Notes: generated by a model not told the origin, from the sequence alone. A stretch of DNA of 64,000 nucleotides from Opitutia bacterium (GCA_050506795.1 JBJHCF010000019.1:24675-88674); one strand, 5' to 3'; numbered from the stretch's first letter, positions 38,965 to 49,166 are shown. Translations and numbers: made by a program.

Positions 38965-41900
38965 TGTGGATTATTTGCCTTTTTAGGCAGGCGGGGCGGA
39001 GCGTTACAACTTATTTTCGTCCCTTGGCCTTCGGTACTTTCGATTTTCAACGTGGCGCCAATCATGTCGGCCCGATAACGCATGATGCGGAGGCCCATGC
39101 CGGTGGGCCTGCCGGCCTTCTGCCCGGGAATGCCGCGCCCGTCATCGGTAACCGTCATGACGATACGTTTATTGCGCCGAGCGAGGCGAATCCAGATGTT
39201 CCTGGCTTTGCTATGCCGGGCGGCGTTGTTGACGGCTTCCTGGGCCATGCGGTACAACTGGCGCCCCACGCGCTGGTCGGTCATGTTGAGGGCTTTCGAG
39301 CCGGACACGTGGCAGGGCAGGCCGTACAGTTCTTCCGAGTAGGCCGCCAACTCCCGGAGAGCGCCGGCGATGCCCCCGTTTACCATCTCCGTCGGAAACA
39401 GGCCGCGGGAGATGTCGTGCACCCGCTGCGCGTTCTCTTCGACCAGTCGGGCGATTTTCGCGACCTCCTCGGTCTCGGGGGCGTTCCTGTTCTCCAGGGA
39501 CTGCTTCACCGCGCGTACCAGGTAGCCGATGGATGGCAACGCCTGGCCCAGCCCGTCGTGGAGATCGCGCCCGATGCGTTCCCGCTCGGCTTCGGCGGTG
39601 TGCAGAATCTCCGCTTCCAAATGTTTGCGATGGGTGAGGTCCTCCATCGCCAGCAGGATTGACGGCCAGTCCTCGGAGTCGCCGGTCATGCGGCGCGCGT
39701 TCAGCGACACCGTGCGGGCGCCGATCTTCGGAAAGTCCTCGACAAGCTGAACATCGCTGATGGGGGTGTCGTCCTTGAGGAGCTTCATGAGGTGTTTCCT
39801 CAGTTCCGGAAGCTTCTTTTTTTTGTCGCCCAGCTCACTGATCAAACGCCCGGCGACATCCCGTTTCTCCAGACCGAACGTTCGGTAAAAGGCATTGTTC
39901 GCGCTCTGCACACGGAGATCGCCGGAAAGCACGAGCAGGGGGGTCGTGATCGTTTCAACAATCGCCTCGGAATAATCGCGGGCCGCCCGCACCTCTTGAA
40001 GAGCGCGCTTTGTGGCGTCGATGTCCCACAGCGCGAGCACCGCGCCGTCAATCCGGTTGTCGGAGGTGCGGTAGGGTTTGACCTGAAGCGAATACCAGCG
40101 ACCGTCGTTGTCCTGTACGTCACAGTGTCGGGCGCCGAGGTTGTCGATCACGTCGGTCAGCATTTGTTTCAAACCGCATGGCTTGAGAGGAAGACGGAGG
40201 GCGCCCAGGGAGCGGCCGAGGTCGGTGGGGATGAGGTTCAGGACCTTTTCCGCCATCGGGGTGTAGCGGCGGATACTGAGGTCGGCGTCGAGCACCACGA
40301 TCGGAATGTTGACGCTGGCGAGGATATTGAGCAGATCGTCGTTGGCCTTGACCAGCTCGGTATCCCGGGCCTGCAGTTCGTCGTTGACGGTGCGGAGCTC
40401 TTCGTTGGCGGACTGGAGTTCCTCCTTGGCCGTCTCCAACTCTTCGTTGGTGCTCTCCAGTTCCTCGTTTCCGGATTGGAGTTCCTCATTGAGCGCTTTC
40501 AGTTCCTCGTTGGCGGCTTCGAGTTCCTGCACGACTTCGCGCTGTGACGCTTTGGTCGCCGCCAACTCCCGTTCCAAATCCGTTGCTCTGTCGCGGGCGG
40601 CGGGAGGCGCGTCGGTGACCTCTCCGTCCTCCTTTGTCTCGGCCGGACCACCGGCGGTTTCTTCGAACAGCACGAGAAAACACGCTGCGCGCTCGGGGCC
40701 GATCCGTATGGGCACGACCTCGATGTCGAGAATCCTGCGTCTTTTCTCGGCGACGAATTGAATGCCTTCGCGACGCACCGGAGCGTTTTCTTTCTCGGCC
40801 TTGCGAATGGCGGCGCGGACTTCGATAGCGATTTCGTCGCGGGTCATCCGAAAAAGCTGAAGGTTGGCGGTGCCGGCTTCGTGTTCCAGGTAGGGACCGG
40901 TGCGGCCGCGGAACTGCAGCACTTCCATTTCGCTGTTGACCAGGACGCAGGGCGGGGCGAAGCGGTCCACGAGGAGACGATCGACGGCCCTCTGGGGGTC
41001 AGGAACCGTCCGCTCGGCCGGTGTGGCGTCCCCATGTGCCGGAACCGGTGCGGTGGGATGCGGTGAGCCGCGTTTGCCTCGAAACGTGATGAGGGATCGT
41101 TTGATTGTCGCTTTTGGAGAATAGACTTTGTAGCGTTTGTCCACCGCGCCGAACAGATCGGTGAAGCCGAGGATGGTTTCGGACTTGCCCAGCAGAAGAA
41201 AACCGGTCGGCTTCAGGGCGTAGTGAAAGATCGGCAGCACACGCTTCTGCGCCGGCGAGTCCAGATAGATCAACACATTGCGACAACTGATCAGGTCCAC
41301 GTTGGAGAAGGGGGGATCCTTGAGCAGATCGTGTTGTGCGAAGATACACGATTCGCGCAGCGCGTTGGTCACGCGGTAGCTGCCCGATGCGCGCACGAAA
41401 TAATGTTGAAGCCGGGCGCGTGACAGGTCGTTTTCGATGCTCGGCGGGTACACCCCCGACCGCGCCCTTTCAAGTGCCTGTGCGTTGATGTCGGTGCCGA
41501 AGATCTTGATGGGCAGGCCTTCCAGGTGCTCGGCCTGCAAATGTTCCAGGAGTGCGATCGCAAGCGAATACGCCTCTTCCCCCGTGGAGCAGCCCGGCAC
41601 CCAGACCCGGATCGCCTCGTCCTTTTCGCGGTCCCGGGTCAGGCTGGGAAACACCCGTTGTTTGAGGACCTGGAATACCTTGGGATCGCGGAAAAAACCC
41701 GTTACGCTGATGAGGAGATCGACAAACAGAGCCTCGGCTTCCTCCGGCTTGTCGTTGAGGTACGCAATGTACTCCTTGGGGCTGTGCAAGCGGTGAAGCG
41801 CCATCCGCCGCTGGATGCGCCGTTGAAGGGTCTGCGGCTTGTATTGGGTGAAGTCGACGCCTGTTTTCGTGTGAAGGATCCTGAATGCCGGGGTCAGGTC

Positions 41901-42542
41901 ACACTCTTCGATCGTCTCTTCGGCGGACGTGTCGTTCAGGTACCAATGCGCTCCGATGCGTGCCAATTCCCGTGCGATCGCAGCGGGCGGGAGCACGAAG
42001 TCCACGCAACCGGTGGCGGCGGCGTTGCGGGGCATCCCGGGGTGTTTGGCGGAATTTTCGTCCTGGGCGTACGTCAGCCCGCCTGCGACCTTGATCGCCT
42101 GAACGCCTTCGGCGCCGTCACTGGCAGTGCCGGAGAGGACGACTCCGATCGCCCGGTGTTCCAGTTCGTCGGCCAGCGAACGAAAGAAGCGATCGACAGG
42201 AAGGTTGGCGCTCGTTGCCGAGCGCGGCGACACGCGCAGGATCCCCCCTTCGAGGATCATACTTGTATTCGGTGCGATGACGTAGATGTGGTTGGGTTCC
42301 ACCGCCATGCCGTCGCGGGCCTCGGTGACGGGCAATTGTGTGGCGTGCGACAGCAAATCGGTCAACTGGCTTTCGTGGGTGGGATCGAGATGCATAATCA
42401 GGACGAACGCCATGCCTCCGTCCGTGGGGAGCTTTTCCAGCAACTGCTTGAACGCTCCGTACCCACCCGCCGAGGCCCCAATCCCAACCACCGAAATCGT
42501 TTTGTTCGCGTTTGTCATACCATCAATGCCACGTTCTTCCAT
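38961..42542 (-). CDS. CheB-CheR-coiled coil-PAS-histidine kinase (NarX/HisKA_3-type) fusion
   Basis: GIGASAGG/IMHLDP/SDG (CheB), WVPGCSTGEEAYS and ISCRNVLIY (CheR), NEELQSxNEEL repeats, ERERIGRDLHDGLGQ, QEAVNNA, DDGRG. Confidence 0.93.
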   Translation of the reverse strand: MEERGIDGMTNANKTISVVGIGASAGGYGAFKQLLEKLPTDGGMAFVLIMHLDPTHESQLTDLLSHATQLPVTEARDGMAVEPNHIYVIAPNTSMILEGGILRVSPRSATSANLPVDRFFRSLADELEHRAIGVVLSGTASDGAEGVQAIKVAGGLTYAQDENSAKHPGMPRNAAATGCVDFVLPPAAIARELARIGAHWYLNDTSAEETIEECDLTPAFRILHTKTGVDFTQYKPQTLQRRIQRRMALHRLHSPKEYIAYLNDKPEEAEALFVDLLISVTGFFRDPKVFQVLKQRVFPSLTRDREKDEAIRVWVPGCSTGEEAYSLAIALLEHLQAEHLEGLPIKIFGTDINAQALERARSGVYPPSIENDLSRARLQHYFVRASGSYRVTNALRESCIFAQHDLLKDPPFSNVDLISCRNVLIYLDSPAQKRVLPIFHYALKPTGFLLLGKSETILGFTDLFGAVDKRYKVYSPKATIKRSLITFRGKRGSPHPTAPVPAHGDATPAERTVPDPQRAVDRLLVDRFAPPCVLVNSEMEVLQFRGRTGPYLEHEAGTANLQLFRMTRDEIAIEVRAAIRKAEKENAPVRREGIQFVAEKRRRILDIEVVPIRIGPERAACFLVLFEETAGGPAETKEDGEVTDAPPAARDRATDLERELAATKASQREVVQELEAANEELKALNEELQSGNEELESTNEELETAKEELQSANEELRTVNDELQARDTELVKANDDLLNILASVNIPIVVLDADLSIRRYTPMAEKVLNLIPTDLGRSLGALRLPLKPCGLKQMLTDVIDNLGARHCDVQDNDGRWYSLQVKPYRTSDNRIDGAVLALWDIDATKRALQEVRAARDYSEAIVETITTPLLVLSGDLRVQSANNAFYRTFGLEKRDVAGRLISELGDKKKKLPELRKHLMKLLKDDTPISDVQLVEDFPKIGARTVSLNARRMTGDSEDWPSILLAMEDLTHRKHLEAEILHTAEAERERIGRDLHDGLGQALPSIGYLVRAVKQSLENRNAPETEEVAKIARLVEENAQRVHDISRGLFPTEMVNGGIAGALRELAAYSEELYGLPCHVSGSKALNMTDQRVGRQLYRMAQEAVNNAARHSKARNIWIRLARRNKRIVMTVTDDGRGIPGQKAGRPTGMGLRIMRYRADMIGATLKIESTEGQGTKISCNAPPRLPKKANNPQ

Positions 42543-42807
42543 GATAATGATGGTCGCTGGCCGCGTAAATCGAAATCGAGAACTTTAAGCGTGCTTCGCG
42601 GGGCGGGACGCTATCCGGCGTCTGTCCTGCAATACCGCATCTGCTCGCAGGGCTATCGCCATCCTGCCATGCTCACGATGCGGAGCGCGCGATTCCTCTG
42701 GTGCCGGCGAACGCGGCTTTGGGTTAATTTTTGAAAGGTACGAGCAAAGCGAGGTTGAAAGCCTGCGTTGCTCGATTCCACATTATCCCGGGGACCGCCG
42801 CAACGGA

Positions 42808-43330
42808 TTATGCCCGTGCGGAAAGTCCGCGCAGATAACTTTCAGCCGTCTCTAGTTGCTGGCGGGTGGGGTTCTGGACCAGGCGGTGAACGGTTTTCAG
42901 GTCGAAGCCCATCAGTTCTCGAACTTCCCGGGACGCGTTCTCGGAGCGTTCGAGGATCGCTTCGATCCGCCAATCGGTGTCCCAGAGCAGGGCGTCGAAG
43001 ACCCCTCCGGTGACCAGCATGGATTCCCATTCGTCCGATGTAAGCTCGGGCGAGAGGTGGACCTCCGGATCGGAAACGTCGAGTCCGAGGCGGTCGACGG
43101 GGTTGTCGCTGCCGGGCCAATAGCAGAGTGCCCGGTAACTCGTCCAGGCCGCCCGTCTGGCGGGGCCTTCGGCGCAATCGGGTTCGTCCCGGAGACCGCA
43201 TTCGCTTTCCACCGAATCAAACATATGTCGGAGCAATTCGGCGATCATGGCCTCCTGGTAGCCGGGATGTTCGCCCGGGGGAATCGGCAGGTCGGTCAGC
43301 AGTGCCTGGAAGACTCCACATATCGGTCGA
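42808..43330 (-). pseudogene. Hypothetical protein, apparently 5'-truncated
   Basis: Frame stays open upstream of ATG 43248 (FQALLTDLPIPPGEHPGYQEA) with no start codon, running into an IS-like end. Confidence 0.4.
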
Positions 43331-43384
43331 ACAGCAAAAGTGGAAAATCAAGAATCCGCTGTCTACCAAAATCAGGCCACCTCA
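43327..43384 (+). mobile_element. Orphan IS3-family-like right end
   Basis: TGTCTACCAAAATCAGGCCACCTCA ending in -CA, read through by EQQKWKIKNPLSTKIRPPH*; resemblance to IS3-family termini from memory. Confidence 0.45.
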
Positions 43385-43724
43385 TTAAGATTAAGTCACG
43401 GAGTAGGTAACCGTTCGCGGTTAGGGCAGATGCGGCGAGGTGCGCCGGGAAAGGTGAGCAGTCACCGCTGCGACGATGAACGCGAACGGGGAACGTCCAA
43501 CCGGAGCTGCTACCAGTCCGAAGCTGAACGAAGGGGATCCCAGTTCAGGTACTAAGCGAATCGGAAAAGCTCCACACGAAGGCTCCGGACTACATCGACG
43601 TTTCGCATCACGGTCGAGCCCTTTCTCCGACGATCGGAAGGCTGATAACAGCAACTAAAGACACGTCGGCGAACAACCACTTACATGAAATTCCATCTGA
43701 GCACCCCAACGGATTCACTGATTA

Positions 43725-44975
43725 TTAGGGGAAAATTTCATCCGCGAGATCCACGAAGCGGTGCCAATCGTATTCCGTGAGATTGTGTCCTCCCGATCTG
43801 ACGTGGTAACCGCGAGGCCCGTATTGCCGGGGATCGTCGAGGCCCGGCATTGCGTCAGGGTCGATTGCAGCGTGGCCCCACAAGGCAAAGACGGACGACG
43901 CATGGGCGAGGCTGAGGAATTCGCCGCGGGGATCCGCCCATAGGTCCCTATCCGCGCTGGCTATGTAAACCGCCCGAGGGGCGATCAGTGCCACGAGCAT
44001 GTGTTGGTCGACGGGTAAAGCGTCTTCATTTTCGTTGTAGCGATTGAAGTTCTCGCAGAACCAGTGAGGGAAACTGCGGTTGATACGGTCGACGGTTTCC
44101 CCAAAACGACGTCGGCTCAGAGCGGCGCCGCCGCAACCCGATTCATTGGAAATCGTCAGTGCGAAGCGTTCATCTTCCGCTCCCGCCCAGAGTGCGGCTT
44201 TCCCTCCTCGGGAATGCCCCAATACCGCAACGTTGGCAGCGTCGATGTCGGCATCGGACTCGAAGTAGTCCATCACCCGTTGCGCCCCCCACGCCCATGC
44301 AGCCAATGCGTTCCAGGCATCAGGCGGACGATTTTCGACTTCGCCTTCGAAGAGCCGGATGACGCCCTCACGGTACCTGTCTTGGTGGTCCGGTGCGACG
44401 GCACCTACCTGGAACGCCGCTATGGCGTATCCACGTTCGATCACTTCCTCGGCCGGCCAGAATCCGCTGCGTTCCGCTCGGGTGGGGTCCGTGTTGCTCG
44501 CGTCACGGTTATTCATCAGGAGAAAGGCCGCAGCCGGCGTTTTCAATTCGTTGGGGACGAAAAGAACCAGCTCGAACCGATGCTCCCTCTCCTCGACCTG
44601 ACTAATGAGGGCGATCCGTTTCAAGGTCGCTTTGCCGTCCATCGCTTCGGGATCGACCTCGATTGGCTCGAAGCGCAAAACGTCAGGTTTTCCCGGTGAC
44701 CGGCCATAAACCTCTTTTCGAAAAAGCTCGAGCAAGTGTGATCGCTGAACCGGCCATTCTTCCGCCTTCGTAATGGTATGACCATCCGGGGTGAGGAGGG
44801 GATCGGGAAGTTCATAGTCAGGGACGCGGGCTTCGTCGTAGATGAAATCCGGCCGCTGGGTGGCTTGCCTTTCGGCGAATTCCGGATCGGCCACCCAGCT
44901 CTCCTGCTCGTTTGTTGCTTCCGTGGAAATGCTGATGCCGAGGACGAAAATACCACTGAGGAAATATTTAAACAT
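43725..44975 (-). CDS. CE15 glucuronoyl esterase-like alpha/beta hydrolase
   Basis: AWAWGAQRVMDY, GHSRGGKAALWAGA, SGCGGAA, LPVDQHMLVALIAPR, DLWADP, GGHNL. Confidence 0.9.
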   Translation of the reverse strand: MFKYFLSGIFVLGISISTEATNEQESWVADPEFAERQATQRPDFIYDEARVPDYELPDPLLTPDGHTITKAEEWPVQRSHLLELFRKEVYGRSPGKPDVLRFEPIEVDPEAMDGKATLKRIALISQVEEREHRFELVLFVPNELKTPAAAFLLMNNRDASNTDPTRAERSGFWPAEEVIERGYAIAAFQVGAVAPDHQDRYREGVIRLFEGEVENRPPDAWNALAAWAWGAQRVMDYFESDADIDAANVAVLGHSRGGKAALWAGAEDERFALTISNESGCGGAALSRRRFGETVDRINRSFPHWFCENFNRYNENEDALPVDQHMLVALIAPRAVYIASADRDLWADPRGEFLSLAHASSVFALWGHAAIDPDAMPGLDDPRQYGPRGYHVRSGGHNLTEYDWHRFVDLADEIFP

Positions 44976-45136
44976 GCGATTCCTATTGTTTTAACGGGTC
45001 AGTGGCATTCTACCAGCGAGGCCGGACCGAAGTCCAGGCGATACCCGAAAGGGGCTTCAAGAATGGAATGGGCGGGCCGTCCACTGCTAAACAGTCCGCT
45101 AATCGGAATGCTGCTCGGTTAAGGCGCTGGATCGAC

Positions 45137-45184
45137 GTAGCTTAGGCTTCCAGCCTGAGACAACACGCTGGAAGCGTGTTCTAC
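45137..45184. repeat. GTAG...CTAC REP doublet
   Basis: GTAGCTTAGGCTTCCAGCCTGAG and CACGCTGGAAGCGTGTTCTAC with complementary GCTTCCAGC/GCTGGAAGC cores. Confidence 0.7.
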
Positions 45185-45327
45185 TTTGGGCTTAACCGAG
45201 TGCCATTCCCGCTAATTGAGTTACCCCAAACAACCGCGACCGCCGTACCTCCGTCCAGATCATGGGGAGGAATGATCTGCGGTTGGGATTGCCTTTTGGG
45301 GCGTTTCTCTGGTGGAATTTCCCCACA

Positions 45328-47715
45328 ATGAAAAACCCTATTGGTTCCCGAGCGATTCGCGGCACTCTCTTCGTTGCCAAAAGTTTAAACGGCTGCCGCC
45401 TCTCGTTCGGGAAACCATGGCTGCTTACGGGCGCACTGGCGGCGCTGATTGCTGTGGCGGGGCCGGGGGACCGGAACGGCGGCGGATACGGAGGCTTTCC
45501 AACGACCGCGGCAGCCGTAGCGGAAGAACAGGAGTTCGGAGCGCATTTCATTCCGCGAAGGCAGAACGAGTTGCCGCATCCCGCCCGGACGGTGGAAGAG
45601 GCACTGGAACACTGGTCGGTTCCGGAGGGTTTCAAAGTGGAATTGGTCGCCTCCGAACCGATGCTGGTCAATCCGATCGACATGACGATCGATGAACGCG
45701 GACGATTCTGGCTGGTCGAAAGCGTGGAGTATCCTCGCAAGGAAGGCGGGCCCGGAGAGGACCGGATTCGAGTGCTGGAAGACACGACCGGCGACGGCAA
45801 GATCGACAAAAGCTGGATTTTTGCCGACGGGCTGAACATCCCCTGCGGTATAGCCGTCGGGTACGGTGGGGTGTGGGTGTCCAATTCGCCGGATATTTTG
45901 TTTTTTCAGGACACAACAGGCGACGGTAAGGCGGACACCAGGGAGGTGGTGGTCACCGGTTTCGGTCGTGAAGACTCGCACGAGTTGCCCAATTCCCTCA
46001 CTTGGGGGCCGGACGGCTGGCTCTACGGACTTAACGGGGTGTTCAACCCGTCGCGGATCGAACAGGGCGGAGAGATCCACCGATTCGACGCCGCCGTTTT
46101 CCGTATCCATCCGGTAACGCACGAGTTTCAGGTGTTTGCGGAGGGGACCAGCAATCCTTGGGGAATCGCCTTCGCCCCGGACGGCAGCCTCATTGTTGTC
46201 GCCTGCGTGATCGATCACCTGTGGCACATCGCCGAAGGAGGTCACTACGTCCGGCAGGCGGGATCGCATCCGCCTCATACCTGGGAGATCGGCTCGATCG
46301 TCAATCACTCCCACCATCTGGCCGCCTACTGTGGATTGGTCTATCTCGACTCGGACGCGTATCCCGAGGCGTATCGCGATACCCTTTACATGGGTAACAT
46401 CCATGGAGCCAAGATCAACGCGGATGTTCTTGAGCGCCGTGGATCCACCTGGTTTGCCGCGCCCAGCGAGACCCGAGTCCTGATGGAAAGCAACGACGTC
46501 TGGCACATGCCGGTGGACCAGGAGATTGGGCCGGACGGGTTATTGTACGTCTTGGATTGGTACGACCGGTACAACTGTTATCAGGATGCACTGTTTGACC
46601 CGGACGGTGTGGACCGTCAACACGGGCGGCTGTGGCGGCTGAATCATGTCGATGCCGAAACGCCGCGGCGGCCGGCTGAGGACATGGGGGCGCTGTCGGA
46701 TGCCTCGCTCATCGAACGGCTTTCCAGTGCGAATATTTATCACCGCGAGACCGCTCAACGACTGCTTGCCGAACGACTGCTCTACGGAACGGCCGCGCCG
46801 GAGACCCGAAATACGCTGGAGGGGCTGGTCCTGGCCGAAGCCACTGAATTCAAAACGCGGATGCACGCCCTTTTTTCGATGATTTCCAGTTTTGAGCTGG
46901 ATCCGGATTTTCACGAAATGCTTTTTGAGCACGAGGTCGACTCGGTCCGTGCGTGGGCAGTGAGAGCGGCGGGTAACTTCGCCGATGAGATCGGGGCGAC
47001 AGTGCGTTCCCGGGTGCTTGAGAGGGTTGACGATCCTTCACCGGAGGTGCAGCTTCAAGTGGCGGTTGCCGTCCCCAAACTTCTTGGCGAAGAAGCGGTG
47101 CAACCGTTGGTGAAGGTGCTGGCGGCGGCGGGGAGCGATCCGCTGATCCCTCGCATCGTCTGGCGGAACCTCCATCCGCTGCTTCCCGAACACAGTCAGG
47201 CGTTCACCGTGGCCGTCGCCGAGCACGACTTGAACGAGTCGGAAGCGTTGCGTCTTGTGGTGCGTCGAGCCGGCGAAAAACTTGCAGGAGCAACCCCTGA
47301 AGAGTCGGTCGAGGTGGCCGCCTCCGGACTCAGCGAGGAGGAGCGGGTCCTTTTCGGTGAGGGCCGAACGGCTTACCAAACCTGTTTGGCCTGCCACGGC
47401 GCTCATGGCCAGGGGATTCCGCGAGTCGCCTCCCCGTTGGATGGGAGTCGGTGGGTCGATGCCGACGCCGAAGCATTGGTCCGCATCGTCCTGCACGGCT
47501 TTGAAGGGGAGGATCCGGAGATCGGAGCGGCCATGCCTCCGCACCGGTTCCTCGCCGATGACGAGATCGCGGCGATACTGACCTTTATTCGGCATTCATG
47601 GAGTAACGAGGCGCCACCGATCACCCCGGACGATGTCGCCCGAATCCACGAGGAGACCCGCGATCGACTCAGAATCTGGACGGTGGAGGAATTGGAGGCT
47701 CTCTTGGACAATTGA
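45328..47715 (+). CDS. PVC-type membrane-bound dehydrogenase-domain protein with HEAT repeats and cytochrome c
   Basis: PEGFKVELVASEP, DTTGDGKAD, WGPDGWLY, NPWG, GPDG.LYVLDWYD; CLACH at 47383-47397 and distal Met (AAMPP); start uncertain. Confidence 0.88.
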   Translation: MKNPIGSRAIRGTLFVAKSLNGCRLSFGKPWLLTGALAALIAVAGPGDRNGGGYGGFPTTAAAVAEEQEFGAHFIPRRQNELPHPARTVEEALEHWSVPEGFKVELVASEPMLVNPIDMTIDERGRFWLVESVEYPRKEGGPGEDRIRVLEDTTGDGKIDKSWIFADGLNIPCGIAVGYGGVWVSNSPDILFFQDTTGDGKADTREVVVTGFGREDSHELPNSLTWGPDGWLYGLNGVFNPSRIEQGGEIHRFDAAVFRIHPVTHEFQVFAEGTSNPWGIAFAPDGSLIVVACVIDHLWHIAEGGHYVRQAGSHPPHTWEIGSIVNHSHHLAAYCGLVYLDSDAYPEAYRDTLYMGNIHGAKINADVLERRGSTWFAAPSETRVLMESNDVWHMPVDQEIGPDGLLYVLDWYDRYNCYQDALFDPDGVDRQHGRLWRLNHVDAETPRRPAEDMGALSDASLIERLSSANIYHRETAQRLLAERLLYGTAAPETRNTLEGLVLAEATEFKTRMHALFSMISSFELDPDFHEMLFEHEVDSVRAWAVRAAGNFADEIGATVRSRVLERVDDPSPEVQLQVAVAVPKLLGEEAVQPLVKVLAAAGSDPLIPRIVWRNLHPLLPEHSQAFTVAVAEHDLNESEALRLVVRRAGEKLAGATPEESVEVAASGLSEEERVLFGEGRTAYQTCLACHGAHGQGIPRVASPLDGSRWVDADAEALVRIVLHGFEGEDPEIGAAMPPHRFLADDEIAAILTFIRHSWSNEAPPITPDDVARIHEETRDRLRIWTVEELEALLDN

Positions 47716-47776
47716 ACTCAGAATCCGCACAAGCGTTCCGGCAATTCTGCGAGTATGCTCGACGTCATGAAAGAGG

Positions 47777-47965
47777 ATGAAAGTTAAAGAAATCATTCGC
47801 CTTATTGAGTCTGACAGATGGGCTCTGAGTAGAACGCGTGGGAGCCATCGGCGGTACAAGCATCCCGATAAGAAGGGTCTTGTGACCGTCGCCGGAGAAC
47901 CGAGCGACGATCTTGCGCCCGGAACCCAAAATAGTATTCTGAAGCAAGATCAATTGAGGCGATGA
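47777..47965 (+). CDS. hicA: HicA-family toxin (mRNA interferase)
   Basis: MKVKEIIRLIE..W..RTRGSHRRYKHPDKKGLVTV..DLAPGT.NSILKQ. Confidence 0.92.
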   Translation: MKVKEIIRLIESDRWALSRTRGSHRRYKHPDKKGLVTVAGEPSDDLAPGTQNSILKQDQLRR

Positions 47966-47976
47966 AAGGATTGATT

Positions 47977-48192
47977 ATGCATAAGTATTTGGTTATCATT
48001 GAGAAGACCGAAATGGGATTTTCGTCGTACTCGCCCGATCTGCCCGGTTGTGTGTCTACTGGAGCTACGAGGGATGAAGTCGAAGCAAATATGAGGGAGG
48101 CCCTTGAATTTCATCTTGAGGGGATGCAGGAGGAGGGCTACCCGATTCCCGAGCCTTCCTCCGAATCGACCTATCTCGAAGTGGCTTCATAA
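47977..48192 (+). CDS. hicB: HicB-family antitoxin, short form without DNA-binding domain
   Basis: YLVIIEK..FSSYSPDLPGCVSTGATRDEV..NMREALEFHLEGM..EGYPIPEP. Confidence 0.92.
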   Translation: MHKYLVIIEKTEMGFSSYSPDLPGCVSTGATRDEVEANMREALEFHLEGMQEEGYPIPEPSSESTYLEVAS

Positions 48193-48250
48193 CGGCGCGG
48201 CGCTGGCAACAGCGGCATACGCCGCCGCAGCAGACCTATCGACATTCGTG
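48187..48250 (+). mobile_element. Degenerate attC-like site
   Basis: TCATAAC overlapping the hicB stop, central GCGGC-atac-GCCGC stem, ends gacATTCGTG; near-complement GTCATGA at 47764-47770. Confidence 0.55.
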
Positions 48251-48327
48251 CTCCGAACGAGGAAGGGTTCCGCTATAGTGTTCCATCCAATAGAGCATTT
48301 CGAAGTAGGCGACGGAGGCCGGGAGCA

Positions 48328-49050
48328 ATGAACGATGGCGTCATTCCAATTTCCGGGATTGGCATCGCCCTCAGCTTGCTGCCCCTGGCTTTGCTCGGCT
48401 GGATTTATCACCGCAGTAATCGGGGGGGAGGATTGATCCTTTACGCCACCGTCCGAATGCTCGGTCAGTTGTTTTTGATGGGGTTCGCGCTGGTCTTTAT
48501 TTTTCAAATCGATTCGGTGTTTATGATGATCCCGGTGCTCGCTTTCATTCTGAGCATCTCGTCGTGGATTGCCCTGCGCCCCCTAACATTCCGCAATGCG
48601 AGACGCTACGGGAGGATTCTCGGAAGCATCGGCATCGCCTGTGGGGGAATGCTTTTTTACATTCTGATTGTCGTCATCGAGGCCAGCCCCCTATATCAGC
48701 CGCGTTATTTTATTCCGCTGGCCGGCATGATTTTCGCCAACGCCATGACCGCGATCAGCCTGGCCGGGGAGCGCTTCGATGATGAACGATCCAGAGGCGT
48801 TCAGCCCGACAAGGCTATCTCGGCGGCCTTCAAGGCGGCGTTGATCCCGCAGGTGAACGCGTTTCTGGCGGTTGGGCTCGTGTCCCTTCCGGGAATGATG
48901 ACAGGTCAGATCATCGCCGGAGTGGACCCTCTCCTGGCGATCCGATACCAGATTGTCGTGATGGCCATGATTTTCGGGAGTGCCGGACTGTCGGTTGCCC
49001 TCTTTTTGCGATGGGACGGAAAGCATCCGACGCCCGCCGTTTTTAATTAG
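48328..49050 (+). CDS. UPF0014/FetB(YbbM)-like ABC permease
   Basis: RMLGQL, YQPRYFIPLAGMIFANAM, ALIP, VGLVSLPGMMTGQIIAGVDP..AIRYQIVVM. Confidence 0.9.
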   Translation: MNDGVIPISGIGIALSLLPLALLGWIYHRSNRGGGLILYATVRMLGQLFLMGFALVFIFQIDSVFMMIPVLAFILSISSWIALRPLTFRNARRYGRILGSIGIACGGMLFYILIVVIEASPLYQPRYFIPLAGMIFANAMTAISLAGERFDDERSRGVQPDKAISAAFKAALIPQVNAFLAVGLVSLPGMMTGQIIAGVDPLLAIRYQIVVMAMIFGSAGLSVALFLRWDGKHPTPAVFN

Positions 49051-49166
49051 ATAAATTTCCAAACAATCCATCAAGTAAATGTCTTAATCCCCGGTACCGA
49101 GCCGGGGTTGGGGTGGGAATTCGTTGACGGAGGTTCGTTGGGCACAAACACTTTCTTTCACAAACC

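Noticed and set aside
40360..40520. Repetitive DNA with 21-nt period
   Set aside because: Encodes the NEELQS coiled coil of the CheB/CheR fusion; not a CRISPR or DNA-level repeat
42637..42685. Nested hairpin CCGCATC..GCAGG..CCTGC..GATGCGG upstream of the kinase
   Set aside because: Plausible by chance at this GC content; no riboswitch or ncRNA consensus recognised
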